Source of the DNA: Eledone cirrhosa
Lineage: Eukaryota
Length of the DNA: 64,000 nucleotides
Reading direction: 5' to 3'
Assembly: GCA_964016885.1 (NCBI GenBank)
Contig: OZ024740.1
Coordinates: 144,832,001 to 144,896,000, forward strand
Shown: one piece after another, positions 22,130-34,100 of the stretch
Layout: every line of letters begins with the position of its first letter
Position numbering within the stretch: position 1 is the stretch's first letter
The notes under the pieces: generated by a model
Databases searched by the model: none
What the model saw: only the letters and a program-made list of their open reading frames with translations
What the model was told of the DNA's origin: nothing
Position numbers and translations under genes: made by a program

Positions 22130-25100
22130 TGATGGTGGTGGTGGTCGTCGTAGTAGTAGTGGTACTGACAATGTTTGTTCTATAGTGGTGTGATAGTGGT
22201 CGTCGTCGTAGTAGTGGCTGTGGTTGTTCTATAGTGGTGTGATAGTGGTCGTCGTCGTAGTAGTGGCTGTGTTTGTTCTATAGTGGTATAGTGGTGATGG
22301 TGGGGGTGGTCGTGGTCGAAGTAGTTACTGAGGTTGTTCTATAGTGGTATAGTGGTGTGGTGGTGGTGGTAGTGGTGGCCCTAGTAGTGGCTGTGGTTGT
22401 TCTATAGTGGTATGGTGGTGGTGGTGGTGGTCGTAGTAGTGGCTGTGGTTGTTCTATAGTGGTATGGTGGTGGTGGTGGCCGTAGTAGTGGCTGTGGTTG
22501 TTCTATAGTGGTATGGTGGTGGTGGTGGCCGTAGTAGTGGCTGTGGTTGTTCTATAGTGGTATCGTGGTGGTGGTGGCCGTAGTAGTGGCTGTGGTTGTT
22601 CTATTGTGGTATGGTGGTGGTGGTGGCCGTAGTAGTGGCTGTGGTTGTTCTATAGTGGTATGGTGGTGGTGGTGGCCGTAGTAGTGGCTGTGGTTGTTCT
22701 ATAGTGGTATGGTGGTGGTGGTGGCCGTAGTAGTGGCTGTGGTTGTTCTATAGTGGTATGGTAGTGGTGGTGGTCGTAGTAGTGGCTGTGGTTGTTCTAT
22801 AGTGGTATGGTGGTGGTGGTGGTGGTCGTAGTAGTGGCTGTGGTTGTTCTATAGTGGTATGGTGGTGGTGGTGGTCGTAGTAGTGGCTGTGGTTGTTCTA
22901 TAGTGGTATGGTGGTGGTGGTGGCCGTAGTAGTGGCTGTGGTTGTTCTATAGTGGTATGGTAGTGGTGGCCGTAGTAGTGGCTGTGGTTGTTCTATAGTG
23001 GTATGGTGGTGGTGGTGGCCGTAGTAGTGGCTGTGGTTGTTCTATAGTGGTATGGTAGTGGTGGCCGTAGTAGTGGCTGTGGTTGTTCTATAGTGGTATG
23101 GTAGTGGTGGCCGTAGTAATGGCTGTGGTTGTTCTATAGTGGTATGGTGGTGGTGGTGGCCGTAGTAGTGGCTGTGGTTGTTCTATAGTGGTATGGTAGT
23201 GGTGGCCGTAGTAGTGGCTGTGGTTGTTCTATAGTGGTATGGTAGTGGTGGCCGTAGTAGTGGCTGTGGTTGTTCTATAGTGGTATGGTGGTGGTGGTGG
23301 TGGTGGTCGTAGTAGTGGCTGTGGTTGTTCTATAGTGGTATGGTGGTGGTGGTGGCCGTAGTAGTGGCTGTGGTTGTTCTATAGTGGTATGGTGGTGGTG
23401 GTAGTCGTAGTAGTGGCTGTGGTTGTTCTATAGTGGTATGGTGGTGGTGGTGACCGTAGTAGTGGCTGTGGTTGTTCTATAGTGGTATGGTGGTGGTGGT
23501 GGTCGTAGTAGTGGCTGTGGTTGTTCTATAGTGGTATGGTGGTGGTGATGGCCGTAGTAGTGGCTGTGGTTGTTCTATAGTGGTATGGTGGTGGTGGTGG
23601 TCGTAGTAGTGGCTGTGGTTGTTCTATAGTGGTATGGTGGTGGTGGTGGCCGTAGTAGTGGCTGTGGTTGTTCTATAGTGGTATGGTGGTGGTGGTGGCC
23701 GTATTAGTGGCTGTGGTTATTCTATGGTGGTATGGTGGTGGTGGTGGTCGTAGTAGTGGCTGTGGTTGTTCTATAGTGGTATGGTGGTGGTGGCCGTAGT
23801 AGTGGCTGTGGTTGTTCTATAGTGGTATGGTGGTGGTGGTGGCCGTAGTAGTGGCTGTGGTTGTTCTATAGTGGTATGGTGGTGGTGGTGGCCGTAGTAG
23901 TGGCTGTGGTTGTTCTATAGTGGTATGGTGGTGGTGGTGGCCGTAGTAGTGGCTGTGGTTGTTCTATTGTGGTATGGTGGTGGTGGTGGCCGTAGTAGTG
24001 GCTGTGGTTGTTCTATAGTGGTATGGTGGTGGTGGTGGCCGTAGTAGTGGCTGTGGTTGTTCTATAGTGGTATGGTGGTGGTGGTGGCCGTAGTAGTGGC
24101 TGTGGTTGTTCTATAGTGGTATGGTAGTGGTGGTGGTCGTAGTAGTGGCTGTGGTTGTTCTATAGTGGTATGGTGGTGGTGGTGGTGGTCGTAGTAGTGG
24201 CTGTGGTTGTTCTATAGTGGTATGGTGGTGGTGGTGGTCGTAGTAGTGGCTGTGGTTGTTCTATAGTGGTATGGTGGTGGTGGTGGCCGTAGTAGTGGCT
24301 GTGGTTGTTCTATAGTGGTATGGTAGTGGTGGCCGTAGTAGTGGCTGTGGTTGTTCTATAGTGGTATGGTGGTGGTGGTGGCCGTAGTAGTGGCTGTGGT
24401 TGTTCTATAGTGGTATGGTAGTGGTGGCCGTAGTAGTGGCTGTGGTTGTTCTATAGTGGTATGGTAGTGGTGGCCGTAGTAATGGCTGTGGTTGTTCTAT
24501 AGTGGTATGGTGGTGGTGGTGGCCGTAGTAGTGGCTGTGGTTGTTCTATAGTGGTATGGTAGTGGTGGCCGTAGTAGTGGCTGTGGTTGTTCTATAGTGG
24601 TATGGTAGTGGTGGCCGTAGTAGTGGCTGTGGTTGTTCTATAGTGGTATGGTGGTGGTGGTGGTGGTGGTCGTAGTAGTGGCTGTGGTTGTTCTATAGTG
24701 GTATGGTGGTGGTGGTGGCCGTAGTAGTGGCTGTGGTTGTTCTATAGTGGTATGGTGCTGGTGGTGGTCGTAGTAGTGGCTGTGGTTGTTCTATAGCGGT
24801 ATGGTGGTGGTGGTGGCCGTAGTAGTGGCTGTGGTTGTTCTATAGTGGTATGGTGGTGGTGGTGGCCGTAGTAGTGACTGTGGTTGTTCTATAGTGGTAT
24901 GGTGGTGGTGGTCGTAGTAGTGGTTGTGGTTGTTCTATAGTGGTGTGGTGGTGGTGGTGGCCGTAGTAGTGGCTGTGGTTGTTCTATAGTGGTATGGTGG
25001 TGGTGGTGGTCGAAGTGGTGGCTGTGGTTGTTCTATAGTGGTATGGTGGTGGTGGTGGTCGTAGTAGTGGCTGTGGTTGTTCTATAGTGGTATGGTGGTG

Positions 25101-28100
25101 GTGGTGGTCGTAGTAGTGGCTGTGGTTGTTCTGTAGTGGTATGGTGGTGGTGGTGGCCGTAGTAGTGGCTGTAGTTGTTCTATAGTGGTATGGTGGTGGT
25201 GGTGGTCGTAGTAGTGGCTGTAGTTGTTCTATAGTGGTATGGTGGTGGTGGTGGTCGTAGTGGTGGCTGTGGTTGTTCTATAGTGGTATGGTGGTGGTGG
25301 TGGTCGTAGTAGTGGCTGTGGTTGTTCTATAGTGGTATGGTGGTGGTGGTGGTCGTAGTAGTGGCTGTGGTTGTTCTGTAGTGGTATGGTGGTGGTGGTG
25401 GCCGTAGTAGTGGCTGTGGTTGTTCTATAGTGGTATGGTGGTGGTGGTGGTCGTAGTAGTGGCTGTAGTTGTTCTATAGTGGTATGGTGGTGGTGATAGT
25501 CGTAGTAGTGGCTGTGGTTGTTCTATAGTGATATGGTGGTGGTGGTGGCCGTAGTAGTGGCTGTGGTTGTTCTATAGTGGTATGGTGGTGGTGGTGGTCG
25601 TAGTAGTGGCTGTGGTTGTTCTATAGTGGTATGGTGTTGGTGGTGGCCGTAGTAGTGGCTGTGGTTGTTCTATTGTGGTATGGTGGTGGTGGTGGTCGTA
25701 GTAGTGGCTGTGGTTGTTCTATAGTGGTATGGTGGTGGTGGTGGTCGTAGTAGTGGCTGTGGTTGTTCTATAGTGGTATGGTGGTGGTGGTGGCCGTAGT
25801 AGTGGCTGTGGTTGTTCTATTGTGGTATGGTGGTGGTGGTCGTAGTAGTGGCTGTGGTTGTTCTATAGTGGTATGGTGGTGGTGGTGGTCGTAGTAGTGG
25901 CTGTGGTTGTTCTATAGTGGTATGGTGGTGGTGGTGGCCGTAGTAGTGGCTGTGGTTGTTCTATAGTGGTTTGGTGGTGGTCGTCGTAGTAGTGGCTGTG
26001 GTTGTTCTATAGTGGTATGGTGGTGGTGGTGACCGTAGTAGTGGCTGTGCTTGTTCTATAGTGGTATGGTGGTGGTGGTGGCCGTAGTAGTGGTTGTGGT
26101 TGTTCTATAGTGGTATGGTGTTGGTGGTGGTCGTAGTAGTGGCTGTGGTTGTTCTATAGTGGTATGGTGGTGGTGGTGACCTTAGTAGTGGTTGTGGTTG
26201 TTCTATAGTGGTATGGTGTTGGTGGTGGTCGTAGTAGTGGCTGTGGTTGTTCTATAGTGGTGTGGTGGTGGCCGTAGTAGTGGCTGTGGTTGTTCTATAG
26301 TGGTATGGTGGTGATGGTGGCCGTAGTAGTGACTGTGGTTGTTCTATAGTGGTATGGTGGTGGTGGTGGTGGCCGTAGTAGTGGCTGTGGTTGTTCTATA
26401 GTGGTATGGTGGTGGTGGTGACCTTAGTAGTGGTTGTGGTTGTTCTATAGTGGTATGGTGTTGGTGGTGGGCGAAGTAGTGGCTGTGGTTGTTCTATAGT
26501 GGTATGGTGGTGGTGGTGGCCGTAGTAGTGGCTGTGGTTGTTCTATAGTGGTATGGTGGTGGTGGCCGTAGTAGTGGCTGTGGTTGTTCTATAGTGGTAT
26601 GGTGGTGGTGGCCGTAGTAGTGGCTGTGGTTGTTCTATAGTGGTATGGTGGTGGTGGCCGTAGTAGTGGCTGTGGTTGTTCTATAGTGGTATGGTGGTGG
26701 TGGTGGGGGTAGTAGTGGCTGTGGTTGTTCTATAGTGGTATGGTGGTGGTGGTGGTCGTAGTAGTGGCTGTGGTTGTTCTATAGTGGTATGGTGGTGGTG
26801 GTGGTCGTAGTAGTGGCTGTCGTTGTTCTATAGTGGTATGGTGTTGGTGGTGGGCGTAGTAGTGGCTGAGGTTGTTCTATAGTGGTATGGTGGTGGTGGT
26901 CGTAGTAGTGGTTGTGGTTGTTCTATAGTGGTATGGTGGTGGTGGTCGTAGTAGTGGTTGTGGTTGTTCTATAGTGGTATATGGTGGTGGTCGTAGTAGT
27001 GGTTGTGGTTGTTCTATAGTGGTATGGTGGTGGTGGTCGTAGTAGTGGCTGTGGTTGTTCTATAGTGGTATGGTGGTGGTGGTAGTCGTAGTAGTGGCTG
27101 TGGTTGTTCTATAGTGGTATGGTGGTGGTGGTGGCCGTAGTAGTGGCTGTGGTTGTTCTATAGTGGTATGGTGGTGGTGGTGGTCGTAGTAGTGGCTGTG
27201 GTTGTTCTATAGTGGTATGGTGGTGGTGGTGGCCGGAGTAGTGGCTGTGGTTGTTCTATAGTGGTATGGTGGTGGTGGTGGCCGTAGTAGTGACTGTGGT
27301 TGTTCTATAGTGGTATGGTGGTGGTGGTCGTAGTAGTGGTTGTGGTTGTTATATAGTGGTATGGTGGTGGTGGTCGTAGTAGTGGTTGTGGTTGTTCTAT
27401 AGTGGTATGGTGGTGGTGGTCGTAGTAGTGGCTGTGGTTGTTCTATAGTGGTATGGTGGTGGTGGTCGTAGTAGTGGCTGTGGTTGTTCTATAGTGGTAT
27501 GGTGGTGGTGGTAGTCGTAGTAGTGGCTGTGGTTGTTCTATAGTGGTATGGTGGTGGTGGTGACCGTAGTAGTGGCTGTGGTTGTTCTATAGTGGTATGG
27601 TGGTGGTGGTGGTCGTAGTAGTGGCTGTGGTTGTTCTATAGTGGTATGGTGGTGGTGATGGCCGTAGTAGTGGCTGTGGTTGTTCTATAGTGGTATGGTG
27701 GTGGTGGTGGTCGTAGTAGTGGCTGTGGTTGTTCTATAGTGGTATGGTGGTGGTGGTGGCCGTAGTAGTGGCTGTGGTTGTTCTATAGTGGTATGGTGGT
27801 GGTGGTGGCCGTATTAGTGGCTGTGGTTATTCTATGGTGGTATGGTGGTGGTGGTGGTCGTAGTAGTGGCTGTGGTTGTTCTATAGTGGTATGGTGGTGG
27901 TGGCCGTAGTAGTGGCTGTGGTTGTTCTATAGTGGTATGGTGGTGGTGGTGGCCGTAGTAGTGGCTGTGGTTGTTCTATAGTGGTATGGTGTTGGTGGAA
28001 GTCGTAGTAGTGGCTGTGGTTGTTCTATAGTGGTATGGTGGTGGTGGTGGCCGTAGTAGTGGCTGTGGTTGTTCTATAGTGGTATGGTGGTGGTGGTAGT

Positions 28101-31100
28101 CGTAGTAGTGGCTGTCGTTGTTCTATAGTGGTATGGTGTTGGTGGTGGGCGTAGTAGTGGCTGTGGTTGTTCTATAGTGGTATGGTGGTGGTGGTGGCCG
28201 TAGTAGTGGCTGTGGTTGTTCTATAGTGGTATGGTGGTGGTGGTGGTCGTAGTAGTTGCTGTGGTTGTTCTATAGTGGTATGGTGGTGGTGGTGGCCGTA
28301 GTAGTGGATGTGGTTGTTCTATAGTGGTATGGTGGTGGTGGTCGTCGTAGTAGTGTCTGTGGTTGTTCTATAGTGGTATGGTGGTGGTGGTGGTCGTAGT
28401 AGTTGCTGTGGTTGTTCTATAGTGGTATGGTGGTGGTGGTGGCCGTAGTAGTGGCTGTGGTTGTTCTATAGTGGTATGGTGGTGGTGGTGGCCGTAGTAG
28501 TGGCTGTGGTTGTTCTATAGTGGTATGGTGGAGGGGGTGGTCGTAGTAGTTGCTGTGGTTGTTCTATAGTGGTATGGTGGTGGTGGTGGCCGTAGTAGTG
28601 GATGTGGTTGTTCTATAGTGGTATGGTGGTGGTGGTCGTCGTAGTAGTGTCTGTGGTTGTTCTATAGTGGTATGGTGGTGGTGGTGGTCGTAGTAGTTGC
28701 TGTGGTTGTTCTATAGTGGTATGGTGGTGGTGGTGGCCGTAGTAGTGGCTGTGGTTGTTCTATAGTGGTATGGTGGTGGTGGTCGCCGTAGTAGTGTTTG
28801 CGGTTGTTCTATAGTGGTATGGTGGTGGTGGTGGCCGTAGTAGTGGCTGTGGTTGTTCTTTAGTGGTATGGTGGTGGTGGTGGTCGTAGTAGTGGCTGTG
28901 GTTGTTCTATAGTGGTATGGTGGTGGTGGTGGCCGTAGTAGTGGCTGTGGTTGTTCTATAGTGGTATGGTGTTGGTGGTGGTCGTAGTAGTGGCTGTGGT
29001 TGTTCTATAGTGGTATGGTGGTGGTGGTGGTCGTAGTAGTGACTGTGGTTGTTCTATAGTGGTATGGTGGTGGTCGTAGTAGTGGCTGTGGTTGTTCTAT
29101 AGTGGTATGGTGGTGGTCGTAGTAGTGGCTGTGGTTGTTCTATAGTGGTATGGTGGTGGTGGTGGCCGTAGTAGTGGCTGTGGTTGTTCTATAGTGGTAT
29201 GGTGGTGGTGGTGGTCTTAGTAGTGGCTGTGGTTTTTCTATAGTGGTATGGTGGTGGTGGTGGCCGTAGTAGTGGCTGTGGTTGTTCTATAGTGGTATGG
29301 TGGTGGTGGTGGTCGTAGCAGTGGCTGTGGTTGTTCTATTGTGGTATGGTGGTGGTGGTGGCCGTAGTAGTGGCTGTCGTTGTTCTATAGTCGTATGGTG
29401 GTGGTGGTGGTCGTAGTAGTTGCTGTGGTTGTTCTATAGTGGTATGGTGGTGGTGGTGGTCGTAGTAGTGGCTGTGGTTGTCTATAGTGGTATGGTGGTG
29501 GTGGTGGTCGTAGTAGTGGCTGTGGTTGTTCTATAGTGGTATGGTGGTGGTGGTGGTCGTAGTAGAGGCTGTGGTTGTTCTATAGTGGTATGGTGGTGGT
29601 GGTGGCCGTAGTTGTGGCTGTGGTTGTTCTATAGTGGTATGGTGGTGGTGGTGGTCGTAGTAGAGGCTGTGGTTGTTCTATAGTGGTATGGTGGTGGTGG
29701 TCGTAGTAGTGGCTGTGGTTGTTCTATAGTGGTATGGTGGTGGTGGCCGTAGTAGTGGCTGTGGTTGTTCTATAGTGGTATGGTGGTGGTGGTGGTCATA
29801 GTAGTGGCTGTGGTTGTTCTATAGTGGTATGGTGGTGGTGGTGGTCGTAGTAGTGACTGTGGTTGTTCTATAGTGGTATGGTGGTGGTGGTGGTCGTAGT
29901 AGTGGCTGTGGTTGTTCTATAGTGGTATGGTGGTGGTGGTGGCCGTAGTAGTGGCTGTGGTTGTTCTATAGTGGTATGGTGGTGGTGGTGGTCGTAGTAG
30001 TGGCTGTTGTTGTTCTATAGTAGTATGGTGGTGGTGGTGGTCGTAGTAGTGGCTGTGGTTGTTCTATAGTGGTATGGTGGTGGTGGTGGTCGTAGTAGTG
30101 GCTGTGGTTGTTCTATAGTGGTATGGTGGTGGTGGTGGTCGTAGTAGTGGCTGTGGTTGTTCTATAGTGGTATGGTGGTGGTGGTGGCCGTAGTAGTGGC
30201 TGTGGTTGTTCTATAGTGGTATGGTGGTGGTGGTGGTCGTAGTAGTGGCTGTGGTTGTTCTATAGTGGTATGGTGGTGGTGGTCGTAGTAGTGGTTGTGG
30301 TTGTTCTATAGTGGTATGGTGCTGGTGGTGGTCGTAGTAGTGGCTGTGGTTGTTCTATAGTGGTATGGTGGTGGTGGTGGCCGTTGTAGTGGCTGTGGTT
30401 GTTCTATAGTGGTATGGTGGTGGTCGTAGTAGTGGCTGTGGTTGTTCTATAGTGGTATGGTGCTGGTGGTGGTCGTAGTAGTGGCTGTGGTTGTTCTATA
30501 GTGGTATGGTGGTGGTGGTCGTAGTAGTGGTTGTGGTTGTTCTATAGTGGTATGGTGGTGGTGGTGGTCGTAGTAGTGGCTGTGGTTGTTCTATAGTGGT
30601 ATGGTGGTGGTGGTGGTCGTAGTAGTGGCTGTGGTTGTTCTATAGTGGTATGGTGGTGGTGGTCGTAGTAGTGGCTGTGGTTGTTCTATAGTGGTATGGT
30701 GGTGGTGGTGGTCGTAGTAGTGGCTGTGGTTGTTCTATAGCGGTATGGTGGTGGTGGTGGTGGTCGTAGTAGTGGCTGTGGTTGTTCTATAGTGGTATGG
30801 TGGTGGTGGTGGCCGTAGTAGTGGCTGTGGTTGTTCTATAGTGGTATGGTGGTGGTGGTGGTGGTAGTAGTGGCTGTGGTTGTTCTATAGTGGTATGGTG
30901 CTGGTGGTGGTCGTAGTAGTGGCTGTGGTTGTTCTATAGTGGTATGGTGGTGGTGGTGGTCGTAGTAGTGGCTGTGGTTGTTCTATAGTGGTATGGTGGT
31001 GGTGGTGGTCGTAGTAGTGGCTGTGGTTGTTCTATAGTGGTATGGTGGTGGTGGTGGCCGTAGTAGTGGCGGTGGTTGTTCTATAGTGGTATGGTGGTGG

Positions 31101-34100
31101 TGGTGGTCGTAGTAGTGGCTGTGGTTGTTCTATAGTGGTATGGTGGTGGTGGCCGTAGTAGTGGCTGTGGTTGTTCTATAGTGGTATGGTGGTGGTGGCC
31201 GTAGTAGTGGCTGCGGTTGTTCTATAGTGGTATGGTGGTGGTGGCCGTAGTAGTGGCTGTGGTTGTTCTATAGTGGTATGGTGGTGGTGGTGGCCGTAGT
31301 AGTGGCTGTGGTTGTTCTATAGTGGTATGGTGGTGGTGGTGGCCGTAGTAGTGGCTGTGGTTGTTCTATATTGGTATGGTGGTGGTGGTGGTGGTCGTAG
31401 TAGTGGCTGTGGTTGTTCTATAGTGGTATGGTGGTGGTCGTAGTAGTGGCTGTCGTTGTTCTATAGTGGTATGGTGGTGGTGGTGGCCGTAGTAGTGGCT
31501 GTGGTTGTTCTATAGTGGTATGGTGGTGGTGGTGGCCGTAGTAGTGGCTGTGGTTGTTCTATATTGGTATGGTGGTGGTGGTCGTGGTCGTAGTAGTGGC
31601 TATGGTTGTTTTCTAGTGGTATGGTGGTGGTGGTGGCCGTAGTAGTGGCTGTGGTTGTTCTATAATGGTATGGTGGTGGTGGCCGTAGTAGTGGCTGTGG
31701 TTGTTCTATAGTGGTGTGGTGGTGGTGGTCGTCGTAGTAGTGGCTGTGTTTGTTCTATAGTGGTATGGTGGTGGTGGTGGCTGTAGTAGTGGCTGTCGTT
31801 GTTCTATAGTGGTATGGTGGTGGTGGTGGCCGTAGTAGTGGCTGTGGTTGTTCTATAGTGGTATGGTGGTGGTGGTGGCCGTAGTAGTGGCTGTGGTTGT
31901 TCTATAGTGGTATGGTGGTGGCCGTAGTAGTGGCTGTGCTTGTTCTATAGTGGTATGGTAGTGGCCGTAGTAGTGGCTGTGTTTGTTCTATAGTGATATG
32001 GTGGTGGTGGTGGTGGCCTTAGTAGTGGCTGTGGTTGTTCTGTAGTGGTATGGTGGTGGTGGTGGCCGTAGTAGTGGCTGTGGTTATTCTATAGTGGTAT
32101 GGTGGTGTTGGTGGTCGTAGTAGTGGCTGTGGTTGTTCTATAGTGGTATGGTGGTGGTCGTAGTAGTGGCTGTGGTTGTTCTATAGTGGTATGGTGGTGG
32201 TGGTGGTCGTAGTAGTGGCTGTGGTTTTTCTATAGTGGTATGGTGGTGGTGGTGGCCGTAGTAGTGGCTGTGGTTGTTCTATAGTGGTATGGTGGTGGTG
32301 GTGGTCGTAGCAGTGGCTGTGGTTGTTCTATTGTGGTATGGTGGTGGTGGTGGCCGTAGTAGTGGCTGTGGTTGTTCTATAGTGGTATGGTGGTGGTGGT
32401 GGCCGTAGTAGTGGCTGTCGTTGTTCTATAGTGGTATGGTGGTGGTGGTGGCCGTAGTAGTGGCTGTCGTTGTTCTATAGTGGTATGGTGGTGGTGGCCG
32501 TAGTAGTGGCTGTCGTTGTTCTATAGTGGTATGGTGGTGGTGGTGGTCGTAGTAGTGGCTGTGGTTGTCTATAGTGGTATGCTGGTGGTGGTGGTCGTAG
32601 TAGTGGCTGTGGTTGTTCTATAGTGGTATGGTGGTGGTGGTGGTCGTAGTAGTGGCTGTCGTTGTTCTATAGTGGTATGGTGATGGTGTTGGCCGTAGTA
32701 GTGGCTGTGGTTGTTCTATAGTGGTATGGTGGTGGTGGTGGCCGTAGTAGTGGCTGTGGTTGTTCTATAGTGGTATGGTGGTGGTGGTCGTAGTAGTGGC
32801 TGTGGTTGTTCTATAGTGGTATGGTGGTGGTGGTGACCGTAAGAGTGGCTGTGGTTGTTCTATAGTGGTATGGTGGTGGTGGTGGCCGTAGTAGTGGTTT
32901 TGGTTGTTCTATAGTGGTATGGTGTTGGTGGTGGTCGTAGTAGTGGCTCTGGTTGTTCTATAGTGGTATGGTGGTGGTGGTGACCTTAGTAGTGGTTGTG
33001 GTTGTTCTATAGTGGTATGGTGTTGGTGGTGGTCGTAGTAGTGGCTGTGGTTGTTCTATAGTGGTATGGTGGTGGTGGTGGCCGTAGTAGTGGCTGTGGT
33101 TGTTCTATAGTGGTATGGTGGTGGTGGTCGTAGTAGTGGCTGTGGTTGTTCTATAGTGGTATGGTGGTGGTGGTGACCGTAGTAGTGGCTGTGGTTGTTC
33201 TATAGTGGTATGGTGGTGGTGGTGGCCGTAGTAGTGGTTGTGGTTGTTCTATAGTGGTATGGTGTTGGTGGTGGTCGTAGTAGTGGCTGTGGTTGTTCTA
33301 TAGTGGTATGGTGGTCGTGGTGGCCGTAGTAGTGGCTGTGGTTGTTCTATAGTGGTATGGTGGTGGTGGTGGCCGTAGTAGTGACTGTGGTTGTTCTATA
33401 GTGGTATGGTCGTGGTGGTGGCCGTAGTAGTGGCTGTGGTTGTTCTATAGTGGTATGGTGGTGGTGGTGGTCGTAGTAGTGGCTGTAGTTGTTCTATAGT
33501 GGTATGGTGGTGGTGGTGGTCGTAGTGGTGGCTGTGGTTGTTCTATAGTGGTATGGTGGTGGTGGTGGTCGTAGTAGTGGCTGTGGTTGTTCTATAGTGG
33601 TATGGTGGTGGTGGTGGTCGTAGTAGTGGCTTTGGTTGTTCTGTAGTGGTATGGTGGTGGTGGTAGCCGTAGTAGTGGCTGTGGTTGTTCTAGAGTGGTA
33701 TGGTGGTGGTGGTGGTCGTAGTAGTGGCTGTAGTTGTTCTATAGTGGTATGGTGGTGGTGATAGTCGTAGTAGTGGCTGTGGTTGTTCTATAGTGATATG
33801 GTGGTGGTGGTGGCCGTAGTAGTGGCTGTGGTTGTTCTATAGTGGTATGGTGGTGGTGGTAGTCGTAGTAGTGGCTGTGGTTGTTCTATAGTGGTATGGT
33901 GGTGGTGGTGATCGTAGTAGTGGCTGTGGTTGTTCTATAGTGGTATGGTGGTGGTGGTGGTCGTAGTAGTGGCTGTGGTTGTTCTATAGTGGTATGGTGG
34001 TGGTGGTAGTCGTAGTAGTGGTTGTGGTTGTTCTATAGTGGTATGGTGGTGTTGGTGGCCGTAGTAGTGGCTGTGGTTGTTCTATAGTGGTATGGTGGTG

